NCBI GenBank assembly: GCA_964541675.1 | Contig: CAZIPW010000001.1 | Span: forward strand, 67,493 to 131,492 | DNA length: 64,000 nt | Source of the DNA: an uncultured Verrucomicrobiota bacterium | GTDB lineage: Bacteria > Verrucomicrobiota > Verrucomicrobiia > CAZIPW01 | Direction: 5' to 3' | Shown: positions 55,830-64,000 of the stretch, in pieces | How positions within the stretch are numbered: the first letter of the stretch is position 1 | Layout of the letters: every line of letters begins with the position of its first letter | Position numbers and translations under genes: made by a program | The notes under the pieces: model-generated | Database searches by the model: none | What the model was told of the DNA's origin: nothing | What the model saw: the letters and a program-made list of their open reading frames with translations, nothing else

Positions 55830-56318
55830 ATGGAATTTGAGAAGAAGATACTCAAAACGCCCCAGGAGATCAAGAAGTGGCGGGAATCCCTGCGCCAGTC
55901 CGGGAAAAAACTGGTCGTTACCAACGGATGCTTCGATCTGTTGCATCTGGGGCACGTTACCTACCTGCAGCAGGCACGGAATCTGGGAGATGCGCTGCTA
56001 GTGGGGCTTAATAGCGACAAGAGCGTCTCCGAGCTCAAAGGTCCGACCCGTCCGGTCAATTCCGAGCATGATCGCGCGGCGGTGCTGGCCGCCCTCGAGT
56101 CTGTCAACGGCGTATGCGTGTTTACGGGAGCGCGTTGCACGGAGCTTTTGAGGCAGGTTGAGCCGGACATCTACTGCAAGGGGGGAGATTACACGATTGA
56201 GAGCCTGAACGCGGAGGAGAGGGGAGCCCTGCAGGCGATGGGCAGCAAAATTGTCATTCTGCCGGTGGTGCCGGCGAGATCGACGACGGAGACGCTCAAA
56301 AAGATCGCGAGACTTTAG
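55830..56318 (+). CDS. D-glycero-beta-D-manno-heptose 1-phosphate adenylyltransferase (HldC / RfaE domain II-like cytidylyltransferase fold)
   Basis: LVVTNGCFDLLHLGHVTYLQQARNLGDALLVGLNSDKSV is the HxGH nucleotidyltransferase motif; 162 aa. Confidence 0.7.
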   Translation: MEFEKKILKTPQEIKKWRESLRQSGKKLVVTNGCFDLLHLGHVTYLQQARNLGDALLVGLNSDKSVSELKGPTRPVNSEHDRAAVLAALESVNGVCVFTGARCTELLRQVEPDIYCKGGDYTIESLNAEERGALQAMGSKIVILPVVPARSTTETLKKIARL

Positions 56319-57325
56319 CGGAGGGTGGCGATGGAGGCTTTACCCCTCTTTGTCGAAAGTATCTCCCGCCAGAGCGCGAAGGTCTTCCTGATATCGTAGT
56401 TCTCGCGTACGCTACGGAGAGCCGCTTCGCTGTAAGTGGCATACACCTCTTCGTTTGTCAATTTCTCTAGGGAGGCCAGCCAATCAGCATCGCTTTCCGC
56501 CACCATGACACCCCCGTGGCTCGCGATCTCCGCGGGGCCGCCCTGGGACATATTCCCCACGATTGGAACCCCGTGCGACATGAAGAGAAGCGCCGTGATG
56601 GAGTATTTTCCTTTGGCAAACTCGTCGGAGAAGTCCAGAGGAACAAGGCCAACTGTGAGCCGGGAGAAAAACCCAGATTCTGCCTGCGGTGACCAGGGGG
56701 TATACTCAAAAGGCAGGTGCAGAACCGGTCTTTTATTGCACATGACGCGCAACCGCGCCCGCGGATATTTATTCAAAAAATTGGCAAGAGGCTCCTGGCG
56801 TGCCTCAAGATATTGTAGACTGCTGGCGGAGCCCGACCAGCCAAGAATGAATCTAGCATCGGAGGGAAGTGTTCGAGGGGAGGGCTCTGGTTGCGACAAT
56901 GCCAGTCCTGTAGGAATGATATGTACTCTCCTGGCATAACGCCGGGCATAGGCGGCCAGATATTCGTTGGTACAGCTGACCTCGTCGGCGCGCGAGAGCC
57001 ACCAATGCAGCCGGGAGTCGACGCGCCACTGGGTCAGGGCATTATAGGGGCGTCCCTGACGCAGCCAGAGAGCATCATCAAACTCAAACACGAGTTTCTT
57101 CGCGAAGGCTCTGATAAGCCATCCCCAGGCAACAGGCAAGAGACACTTTTGATTGATGACCACGTCAGCCTGTCGGCAGTGCCTCAAATGGGAGAATCGC
57201 AGATCCCTTTTACTGACGGACTCAAAAGCATCTCCGGTGGCCTTATGCAGGGGCGCGTAATTCAAGAGCCGCCAGCGGGTGCTGGGAGCCGTTGAATCTC
57301 CGAAGGTAATGGCAAAGAGCTTCAT
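56315..57325 (-). CDS. glycosyltransferase (GT-B fold, GT1/GT4-like)
   Basis: Two-lobed length; C-terminal nucleotide-sugar-binding-like region (ILGWSGS...RLRVMCNK...LVPLDFSDEFAKGKYSITALLFMSHGVPIV). Sits within the glycan cluster. Confidence 0.45.
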   Translation of the reverse strand: MKLFAITFGDSTAPSTRWRLLNYAPLHKATGDAFESVSKRDLRFSHLRHCRQADVVINQKCLLPVAWGWLIRAFAKKLVFEFDDALWLRQGRPYNALTQWRVDSRLHWWLSRADEVSCTNEYLAAYARRYARRVHIIPTGLALSQPEPSPRTLPSDARFILGWSGSASSLQYLEARQEPLANFLNKYPRARLRVMCNKRPVLHLPFEYTPWSPQAESGFFSRLTVGLVPLDFSDEFAKGKYSITALLFMSHGVPIVGNMSQGGPAEIASHGGVMVAESDADWLASLEKLTNEEVYATYSEAALRSVRENYDIRKTFALWREILSTKRGKASIATLR

Positions 57326-57339
57326 GCGGGGACTCTATT

Positions 57340-58212
57340 CTAGAATAGTTCCGGGTCGTTCTCGTGGGACTTGAGTTCAGCCAGAAGCTTTTCCTCGTTT
57401 ATGTTGCGATACTGTACGCCGGCATTGCTTATCCAATTGTTTTCACTGAAGCGATCGCGCCTGTCGCGCACGCAACGTAAAACGCAAAAATGGTCGGCCT
57501 TGCTCCAATGGACACCGCGCCACACTGTGGTACCCTTTTGGTGCTTGAGCAGGCTGTGGCAGCCCCGGGCGAACTGCGCGCCGCTGCGGGGCCTGACAAC
57601 GCAGGGCTTCGCGTAGTCCTTTATACCAGCCTCTCCGTGACGGCGTTGGAACAGCGGCGGCTTTGTCCGGTCTATGTCGGTATCTGTCGTATGACGGTAG
57701 GATTGGAACATTTCACAGGTGATCACATTGCCTTTTTCCCTGGCGAGAGCTTCCCGCGGATTTGCGTTTTCAAACGGCCAAGGATAGACGAACTCGTCCG
57801 CGTCCACGCATATTGCAAAATCAGCGGATGATCTCCTTACGGCTCGGTTCATCTGGTCTATTTTGATCATGTCGTCGAACCCGTTGGGAAACTCGAAGGG
57901 GATAATGTCAAGCCCCTTGAAGCCGCACTTTGCCGCCGTTTCTTCCAGTTCACGGCGCGTGCCGTCAGGGGACTCATTGTAAAACACAGTGATTTTATCC
58001 ACCCACGGGGCGTAATGCCTTACAAACAATGGTGCGATGAACGCCTCGTTGTACATCATCGTGATGACCTCTATCTTTCCCGTTGCAGGACGCCTGAAGA
58101 TGGCGTATTTAAGCCATGTAAGGAAACCGAGCAGCCGTGTCTGATGCTTCCAGAGAGAAGTCCTCATATGGAGCCAACGACGCGTAAAAGCTAGTTTAAT
58201 GTCTTTGATCAT
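57340..58212 (-). CDS. glycosyltransferase, GT2/GT-A-like (DxD-containing)
   Basis: EVITMMYNEAFIAPLFVRHYAPWVDKITVFYNESPDGT...AICVDADEFVYP. The start is placed at MIKDIK (58212) to avoid a 155-nt overlap with the methyltransferase gene; the track ORF runs to 58407. Confidence 0.45.
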   Translation of the reverse strand: MIKDIKLAFTRRWLHMRTSLWKHQTRLLGFLTWLKYAIFRRPATGKIEVITMMYNEAFIAPLFVRHYAPWVDKITVFYNESPDGTRRELEETAAKCGFKGLDIIPFEFPNGFDDMIKIDQMNRAVRRSSADFAICVDADEFVYPWPFENANPREALAREKGNVITCEMFQSYRHTTDTDIDRTKPPLFQRRHGEAGIKDYAKPCVVRPRSGAQFARGCHSLLKHQKGTTVWRGVHWSKADHFCVLRCVRDRRDRFSENNWISNAGVQYRNINEEKLLAELKSHENDPELF

Positions 58213-58252
58213 ATGGTCTAGATATCCGCCATGAGGCGTTTGCCGAATGGGT

Positions 58253-58975
58253 TCACGATCGTCTGAGGAGCCCAATCCCAATTGAACGGTCATTGGAAGA
58301 GGTATTGAGGAATTCGCAGGCTGATCTATCTTTCTTCTTGAGTTCTTCCCAGAAACGCCAAACTTCCATTCCCAAATCGAGGGCACCGGGGGAAACAAAA
58401 ATATCATGAAAGGCGATGATTCCCCCGGTCCTTACAAGCGCAGAGTATTGTTCATAGTCCCGTTTGACACCTTCGTAGCAATGATCACCGTCGATAAAGA
58501 GAAAGTCCACCTTCTGGCCGTTCAGAATCTTTTGGACTTTCAGAAGAGACTCCTGCCTGTGTGAATCGTCGCGCAGCAAGTGCAGTTTCTGCCCAGGCGC
58601 GGAAAAGCATTGGTAAAGCTTGGTTCTTTTGTCATGGTAGCCGCCGCCGAATTTCCCGCCTGGCAGATCCAGACTTATAAGGGTGGCGTTGGGATCCGCG
58701 ACCTGGCACCACAGGTAAAGCGAACCGCCGTGGCACGTGCCGATTTCCAGAACGACCTTGGGCTTTAACGCGCATACTTCCCGATATAACGCGGCGATTT
58801 CCTCGTGGGACTGTATGGGCGCAATTCTCCTGTAATGTCCCTCGCCCTTGTATATAAAAGGGATGGCCAAACGGGTCGATGGAGTCTTTAGGCTCCTTTC
58901 CAGTTTGCGCAAGCGGCGTTTGGAAATGGCAAAGCAGAATGGATCCAGGAGATCCTTAAGGAAGGATTTCAGCAT
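58253..58975 (-). CDS. class I SAM-dependent methyltransferase, CmcI/Methyltransf_24-like (sugar O-methyltransferase type)
   Basis: VLEIGTCHGGSLYLW...LISLDL...FLFIDGDHCYEGVKRDYEQYSALVRTGGIIAFHDI. The start is taken at the internal Met MLKSF (240 aa); the track ORF upstream extension has no support. Confidence 0.6.
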   Translation of the reverse strand: MLKSFLKDLLDPFCFAISKRRLRKLERSLKTPSTRLAIPFIYKGEGHYRRIAPIQSHEEIAALYREVCALKPKVVLEIGTCHGGSLYLWCQVADPNATLISLDLPGGKFGGGYHDKRTKLYQCFSAPGQKLHLLRDDSHRQESLLKVQKILNGQKVDFLFIDGDHCYEGVKRDYEQYSALVRTGGIIAFHDIFVSPGALDLGMEVWRFWEELKKKDRSACEFLNTSSNDRSIGIGLLRRS

Positions 58976-59044
58976 CCAATAATGCAATGCTTTTTGGAGC
59001 CAATTGACAAGATATAAAAGTCGACAGCTGATGGGTGTTCTCCT

Positions 59045-60130
59045 ATGGTTTGTGGTATGCGGGGAAGAAGGATAACAACTGTTACAATGGTTAAGAATGA
59101 AGCAGACATAATAGAGTCGTTTATCCGATACCATGCCGCGATTGTGGATGAAATGGTCGTTGTCAATCATTTTAGCAGCGACCGAACCGTGGAGATCCTG
59201 GAGAAGTTGGTGAGGGAGGGGTTGCCGGTGCGGATCAGCCATGCGAAAGAAGTGGAATGGAACCAATCGCAGGTGACCACCCGTCTTGCGTATCAGGCCA
59301 TCGAAGAATGGGGCGCTGACCTGGTTCTGCCCTTGGACGCGGATGAATTCTTGGTGGCCGCAGACGGCTCGGTAAATCCCAGGATGCTGTTGGATCAGCT
59401 GGAAGAAAGAGCCCTGCACATTATACTGTGGCGAAATTATTTTCCCCACGCTTCCGACAACCCCCGGGAACCGGTGATTCCCCGGAGACTTGTTTATCGT
59501 GTCGATGACGGGGTTGAGCAGAGGGGCAAGACGATGTTGTTCAAATCGATGGCGCAAGAGTGTTCTCCCGCCATATCAATGGGAGGGCATGGTCTGGTGA
59601 TGAGCCGCCGCTCCAGAAAGCGTTTTCCACAGCGGATCGCGTCCGCCTTGCGCATGGCGCATTTTCCCGTTCGCTCCATCCACCAAATTATTTCAAAAAT
59701 CTATGTCAGTCATCTGACATTGCTCAGTCGTTATGACGCCAAGCTGGCGCAGGGGATCCATGTCCAAAAGCTTTATGCGGAGTTGAAGAAGGGTGGATCT
59801 GTGGACGTGGAAGATATGCAGAGGATGGTGGCCGATGCGTACTTGGTTGGGAGTCCCCGCCAATTCAAGCTCATCAAGGACCCGCTGACGGCTCCATTCT
59901 TGCCGTCACTGGAACTTCGTTATACTGCCGCGGATGAAATCAACATTCTGCACAATGTTCTGGAATGCAGCGAGGACTTGGCGGTGAAATATGCGAAGTT
60001 GAAAAAAGATGAGCATTCCGTTTCCAAAACGGCGGCCCTGTTTGTCAAAACCCTGGGAGGATATCTCTGGCAGACAATCTTGCGTACCTTTCTGGGAAAC
60101 AAACGGGAAGTGGACAGCTACCATCCATAG
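59045..60130 (+). CDS. glycosyltransferase family 2-like protein
   Basis: ITTVTMVKNEADIIESFIRYHAAIVDEMVVVNHFSSDRTVEIL...LVLPLDADEFL (DxD motif). Confidence 0.55.
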   Translation: MVCGMRGRRITTVTMVKNEADIIESFIRYHAAIVDEMVVVNHFSSDRTVEILEKLVREGLPVRISHAKEVEWNQSQVTTRLAYQAIEEWGADLVLPLDADEFLVAADGSVNPRMLLDQLEERALHIILWRNYFPHASDNPREPVIPRRLVYRVDDGVEQRGKTMLFKSMAQECSPAISMGGHGLVMSRRSRKRFPQRIASALRMAHFPVRSIHQIISKIYVSHLTLLSRYDAKLAQGIHVQKLYAELKKGGSVDVEDMQRMVADAYLVGSPRQFKLIKDPLTAPFLPSLELRYTAADEINILHNVLECSEDLAVKYAKLKKDEHSVSKTAALFVKTLGGYLWQTILRTFLGNKREVDSYHP

Positions 60131-60161
60131 CCATTTTCTCCGCTTGCGTATGTAGCGCTTT

Positions 60162-61211
60162 TTGTTGAATTTCAATGTAGATATGACTAGGATAGGGAGA
60201 GTGAAAGTCCTATTTATAAAGCTCAAGCATATCGGGGATGCGCTCATCATGACGCCGGCCCTGGCTGCCGCCAGAAGTCTGTGGCCGGATGCCCGGATCG
60301 ACGCGCTGGTAAGAGGGTCCACGGAGGGAATCCTGAAGGGATGCCTGGCGCTGAACAATATCTACACAACTGCAGTTCCTGAAAAGCGTCTGCGCAAGGG
60401 GGTCCAGTTCATGAGGGATGTCCGCCTTATCAATAAGCTGCGCCAGGAGAAATACGACTGGATTTTTGAGCTTTCCGGGAACGACAGGGGCCGGTTTATG
60501 GCGGTGGCCATAGGGGCGAAGAATCTCTGCGCGAATACCCGCCGGAAGTTTCCCGTCTGGGCGCGTCCTTTCTTCAACAGGAAGAGCACGGCGGATTATA
60601 CCGGCACGCACTGGGTCTTGCGGGATCTGGATCTGGTAAAAACCTGCGCGGGCTATGAAGGCGAGGCGCCCTCCCTGCAGTTTGACAGATCGTTTGCCGA
60701 CTGGAGCTGGGTGCAGGGGCATCTGAAGGACTCTCCCATTGTCTTGCATCCGGTCACGCGCTGGAAACGGAAGATGTGGCCGCTCGACAAGTGGAAGCTC
60801 CTGGCCCAAAAGCTCTCGCAGATAGCGCCTCTGGTCATCTCGTCGGGGCCCTCGGCTGAAGAGATCGAGTTTGCCGGGCAGATCGCGCCAGCGTGCCCAC
60901 AGCGGGTCATAGTGACCGAGGGAGCCCTTGATTGGTCGCAGATGGCGGGGCTTCTCTATAGCAGCCGGATGCTCGTGAGCCTGGATACGGCCACCATGCA
61001 TTTGGGTGCGGCCTGCCAGATCCCGCTGGTGGCTATCTTTGGTCCGGGCGATCCGGTGGAGTTTGGTCCCTGGCAATGTCCCAGCGAGGTGGTGCGTCCG
61101 CCGTCGTCGGCACTCTTGGAGCCATCGGAGAGTGTTATCGCCTCCATAGGGGTGGAGGATGTTTTTGAAGCCTGCCAGAGAGTGCTGACGGAGAAGGAAG
61201 CCAGAGTGTAG
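60162..61211 (+). CDS. ADP-heptose:LPS heptosyltransferase (GT9 family)
   Basis: VKVLFIKLKHIGDALIMTPALAAARSLWPDARIDALV is the hallmark GT9 N-terminus; the C-terminal domain has GPGDPVEFGPW. Confidence 0.7.
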   Translation: MLNFNVDMTRIGRVKVLFIKLKHIGDALIMTPALAAARSLWPDARIDALVRGSTEGILKGCLALNNIYTTAVPEKRLRKGVQFMRDVRLINKLRQEKYDWIFELSGNDRGRFMAVAIGAKNLCANTRRKFPVWARPFFNRKSTADYTGTHWVLRDLDLVKTCAGYEGEAPSLQFDRSFADWSWVQGHLKDSPIVLHPVTRWKRKMWPLDKWKLLAQKLSQIAPLVISSGPSAEEIEFAGQIAPACPQRVIVTEGALDWSQMAGLLYSSRMLVSLDTATMHLGAACQIPLVAIFGPGDPVEFGPWQCPSEVVRPPSSALLEPSESVIASIGVEDVFEACQRVLTEKEARV

Positions 61212-61213
61212 CC

Positions 61214-62308
61214 CTATTGTATTATTTGAGAGCCTTCTTTGGTTACCAAGCGGACACTTGCGGGCGAGAGGAATACACCCTGTGGTGTGCACTCAATGTG
61301 TCCCAGCAGGGAATTGAAATCCCTCTTTTCGAGGAGGACCCTGGCGGCGTCCCGTCCGGTGGGGATGCCTGGGCACTTGGCGTGTTCAAAGCCGTAAACC
61401 ATCAATTTGAGATAGTCATAGGAATTTAGCAGGTCGTTTTGCGGGGCTTCATGTCCATAGGCGGCCCTGTATTTAAGTAGAAACGGGCGCTCAACGGCTC
61501 CCGTCGAAACATAGTAGGATCCGACAAAAGGTGTCCTGTCTCCCACGATATCGAAGGACCAGACGCTTGTGAGAGGAATCTTTGGCTCTTGTTCCCGAAT
61601 CTGCCTGCCCAGGATATCGACCTCCGGCAGGAGTGTCATGATAAACACGGCGTCGGGCTTTGCCTGGCGTATTTTGAGGATGAAGGTCCGGAAATCCCTC
61701 TCACCGGGAATGACCTTGAAGTCGCGTATGAGGGTAATGCCACTGCCAGTCGATTCTTTCTCCATGTCGTCACACGTTTGCTTGCAGGCTTGAAAGACTG
61801 CCTCGACGATCGCCACGCGTTTCCATCCCTTCTCTTTGGCCAGGGACACCCATTGCCTGGCCAGTACTTCCGGAGGAGTGGTATGCACAAAATTGGTTTT
61901 GCCATCGGCAATCGAGGTGTCAAAGGAGTCGTTAAAATGCAAGACACCGGACTTGGCGGCCAGTGGCTTGATAACATTGCCCGCCACGCTGCCGACAGAG
62001 GACAAGGCGCTTACGTGATCCTGGCTGATAAGCTTTTGCGCGGCCAAATTTGTAAGTCGGCCCTGATACTGGTCGTCTTCAAAGATAAATTCATATCTGA
62101 AGCGGGTGGGCTGAGACTGAATATCGCGTATGGCGAGGTCTGCCGCTTCTTTAAAGGTCTTTCCGAGAAAGCTGGAATCTCCGGAGAAGGGTGCTATGAC
62201 GCCGATCTTGATGACCGGTCGGGTATCTCCAGGACCGGAAGCGGCTACCAAGCGAGTCGCTACCAGCAAGCACGACAGCATGAGCAAAACGAGACAGTCT
62301 GTCTTCAT
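61214..62308 (-). CDS. LivK-like periplasmic solute-binding protein (Peripla_BP_6), seventh paralog in window
   Basis: Signal peptide, then PVIKIGVIAPFSGDSSFLGKTFKEAADLAIRDI. It is more divergent than the six array copies. Confidence 0.6.
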   Translation of the reverse strand: MKTDCLVLLMLSCLLVATRLVAASGPGDTRPVIKIGVIAPFSGDSSFLGKTFKEAADLAIRDIQSQPTRFRYEFIFEDDQYQGRLTNLAAQKLISQDHVSALSSVGSVAGNVIKPLAAKSGVLHFNDSFDTSIADGKTNFVHTTPPEVLARQWVSLAKEKGWKRVAIVEAVFQACKQTCDDMEKESTGSGITLIRDFKVIPGERDFRTFILKIRQAKPDAVFIMTLLPEVDILGRQIREQEPKIPLTSVWSFDIVGDRTPFVGSYYVSTGAVERPFLLKYRAAYGHEAPQNDLLNSYDYLKLMVYGFEHAKCPGIPTGRDAARVLLEKRDFNSLLGHIECTPQGVFLSPASVRLVTKEGSQIIQ

Positions 62309-62347
62309 GCCTTCATTCTTCCCAAAGGTACAGGTCTGTCAACGCTG

Positions 62348-63979
62348 TTACTTGAATTGCTCCTGTATCCACCCCCGCAGCACATCTGCGTCCTTGTCGG
62401 GTAGGGCGGTGGCAATGATGGTCAGTGCCTTCAGAATCTCCTCCTTGTTGTCCAGCAGCTCTTTGGGGAAGGGCTTGGAGACAATCCCGTACATTTTCTT
62501 ATAAAAAATATCCCTGGCGACTTGTGCCTTGTTATGCTGCGTCTCGTAGGCGGCGTAGCGGATGAGCCCGCGGAGCCTTATATCATCTTCCGGACGTTCG
62601 CTAAGGGCCAGAAACTCGCCTTCCGCGGCCGGGTCAGCCGTGATTTCATCTATAGTTGCGCGCAGAAACTCTATCTCCTGCGCGTCCTGAACGCCCAGCG
62701 TGCTTTCTTTCAACGCCTCAATGATGGTGCGGGCCTTTTCGGGGTGGCCGATCAGGGCCCAGCGCTTTGCCATAAGAATCAACGGCCTAATCCTTTCTCC
62801 CGGCGCGAGGCTCTCAATGGCTTTCTGGTCCTGGGCCAGCAGCTCTGGCGGGTTTCCCAGACTTTCGGCATCAATGAGCATCAGTCTGACGCGGTCGCCA
62901 TTTGGCAGGTCGCCTATTTTGGGGGCTATCTCCATGGCGGTTTCGCCGCGCCCTTCAATGAGCGCCTGTTCAAAGCCCAGCAGCGCGAACTCTCTGGAAA
63001 CTGTCTTGCGACTTAATATGCCGTCCAGCATCTGTCTGGCCTCGTCGCGCCTGCCCAACTGCATCAATAGCTGGTACTTCTCCATCTCGAAGTAGTCCTT
63101 ATATGGAGCTTCATTGGAGACGGCCAGGCCCTCAAGCTTTGATAGCGCCGCCTCGGGCTTTGTGGCGGAGAGGGAATCTATCCGCAGATAGTCAATGGGC
63201 CAGCGCTCTTGGGACTGGATGCTGTGCCGCTCAAACGGCTTGTAGGCGTCCTCGACGTTGCCTTCGTGGTCGCGAATGTACAATAGATAAGCCAGGAGCG
63301 CCTGGGAGAACTCGGCGGAATTCTGCTTTAAGAGCGCCGTACGGGCATCATCGGGTCGGTCTGCCTTTAAGTAGGAGAGGACTGTTTGCAGAAGGTGGGA
63401 AGGATATTTGCTATAGGCGATGGCGGCGTCAGAGTAGTCGCCATTCTGATACAAGATATCGCCGATCTGCCTGGAAATCTCGTCGGATTCGGCTTTGGTT
63501 GTGGACGGGAGCGCTCTCCACTTGGCGAGCGCGTCCGCGGCCTCCCTCCTTCTGGGGGTGGGCAGATTTTCCGCTGCCACGGCAAGCGTTGAGTAGTAGA
63601 CCGACCTCCATGATGAAGCTATTGTTTCGCCGCTTATGGCGGTGAGCAGCTTGTAGGCGTGGGAGAACGCGCCTTTTTGAATGTAATTTTGGGCCAGGAG
63701 CATGGCCACGGTTGGCTGCGATTTTCTCTGTTTGATCTGATCCTCCACGTCTGTCATATTGATGACGGTTTCGCGCGCGCACAGTCCGACCGCGAAAGAG
63801 AGCAGCTCTGGCGATTCCAGGTCTGGAAGCGCCTTCATCAGGGCAGTGGCACGTTCCGGCGTCTGCGCGGGATAGCTGTATGCGATAAGAAGCTCGCTCT
63901 CCCCTTTGGGCATCGCGGATGTGTTGCCGAGGATGTACGTGCGGGCGGATGTGCCCTGGCCGGAGCAGATCATTCCCAA
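62348..63979 (-). CDS. TPR-repeat protein (5' end probably outside window)
   Basis: Multiple TPR-like helical repeats. The frame stays open from the TTG at 63979 to the window edge at 64000; the first ATG is at 63973. Confidence 0.5.
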   Translation of the reverse strand: MGMICSGQGTSARTYILGNTSAMPKGESELLIAYSYPAQTPERATALMKALPDLESPELLSFAVGLCARETVINMTDVEDQIKQRKSQPTVAMLLAQNYIQKGAFSHAYKLLTAISGETIASSWRSVYYSTLAVAAENLPTPRRREAADALAKWRALPSTTKAESDEISRQIGDILYQNGDYSDAAIAYSKYPSHLLQTVLSYLKADRPDDARTALLKQNSAEFSQALLAYLLYIRDHEGNVEDAYKPFERHSIQSQERWPIDYLRIDSLSATKPEAALSKLEGLAVSNEAPYKDYFEMEKYQLLMQLGRRDEARQMLDGILSRKTVSREFALLGFEQALIEGRGETAMEIAPKIGDLPNGDRVRLMLIDAESLGNPPELLAQDQKAIESLAPGERIRPLILMAKRWALIGHPEKARTIIEALKESTLGVQDAQEIEFLRATIDEITADPAAEGEFLALSERPEDDIRLRGLIRYAAYETQHNKAQVARDIFYKKMYGIVSKPFPKELLDNKEEILKALTIIATALPDKDADVLRGWIQEQFK

Positions 63980-64000
63980 CAGGTAGTTTCTGACTGTGGG

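Noticed and set aside
60210-61292. 360-aa ORF antisense to the GT9 heptosyltransferase gene
   Set aside because: A shadow ORF; the plus-strand GT9 N-terminal signature is diagnostic.
1-64000. CRISPR arrays, IS elements or transposases, integrases, restriction-modification or other known defence genes, rRNA genes
   Set aside because: None was recognised on either strand. The only repeats are the paralogous gene arrays and the short operator-like motif.

Overview
This 64 kb window is mostly housekeeping chromosome at about 55-58% G+C. It probably comes from a Verrucomicrobia-like anaerobe; that is an inference from the prepilin-type N-termini, the paired anaerobic ribonucleotide-reductase genes (nrdD/nrdG) and general gene content, not a database match. 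Core genes recognised from their translations are infC (partial), an AmiC-type cell-wall amidase, ftsY, nusB, a DEAD-box helicase, htpX-lemA, glgC, rpsR, gltX, rbfA-nrnA-truB, scpA, nrdD-nrdG, recF, lptD, uvrB, rnr, hisS, efp, two SpoU-type RNA methyltransferases, an orphan histidine kinase and an orphan LuxR-type response regulator. Accessory content includes six head-to-tail paralogous LivK-like (Peripla_BP_6) periplasmic binding-protein genes with no transporter genes beside them, plus a seventh copy elsewhere in the window. Next to the array lie a secreted serpin and a LysM protein. Also present are two near-identical tandem pseudopilin genes beside a very large polytopic membrane protein, an LPS-core-like glycan cluster (hldC-like, GT1/GT2/GT9 glycosyltransferases, a CmcI-like methyltransferase), and a low-GC insertion carrying one ORFan. 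The ORF track labels GTG/TTG starts as M, and several track ORFs run well upstream of the likely start.

Three things stand out. First, a tripartite cis-element recurs in intergenic DNA: three TCACTG/CAGTGA hexamers spaced 11-12 bp apart, five clusters at four sites, each 65-100 bp upstream of lemA-htpX, rbfA-nrnA-truB, recF and uvrB. It does not match any LexA box I know. Second, a sigma70-like promoter drives a 23-codon leader ORF containing Trp-Trp-His-Trp, followed by an intrinsic terminator with a competing antiterminator pairing; this sits directly upstream of a CoA-binding-domain protein gene and hisS. Third, an AadA-like nucleotidyltransferase carrying D-x-N in place of the catalytic D-x-D is translationally coupled to a CsaA-like tRNA-binding protein. 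No CRISPR array, IS element, rRNA or convincing tRNA was found.
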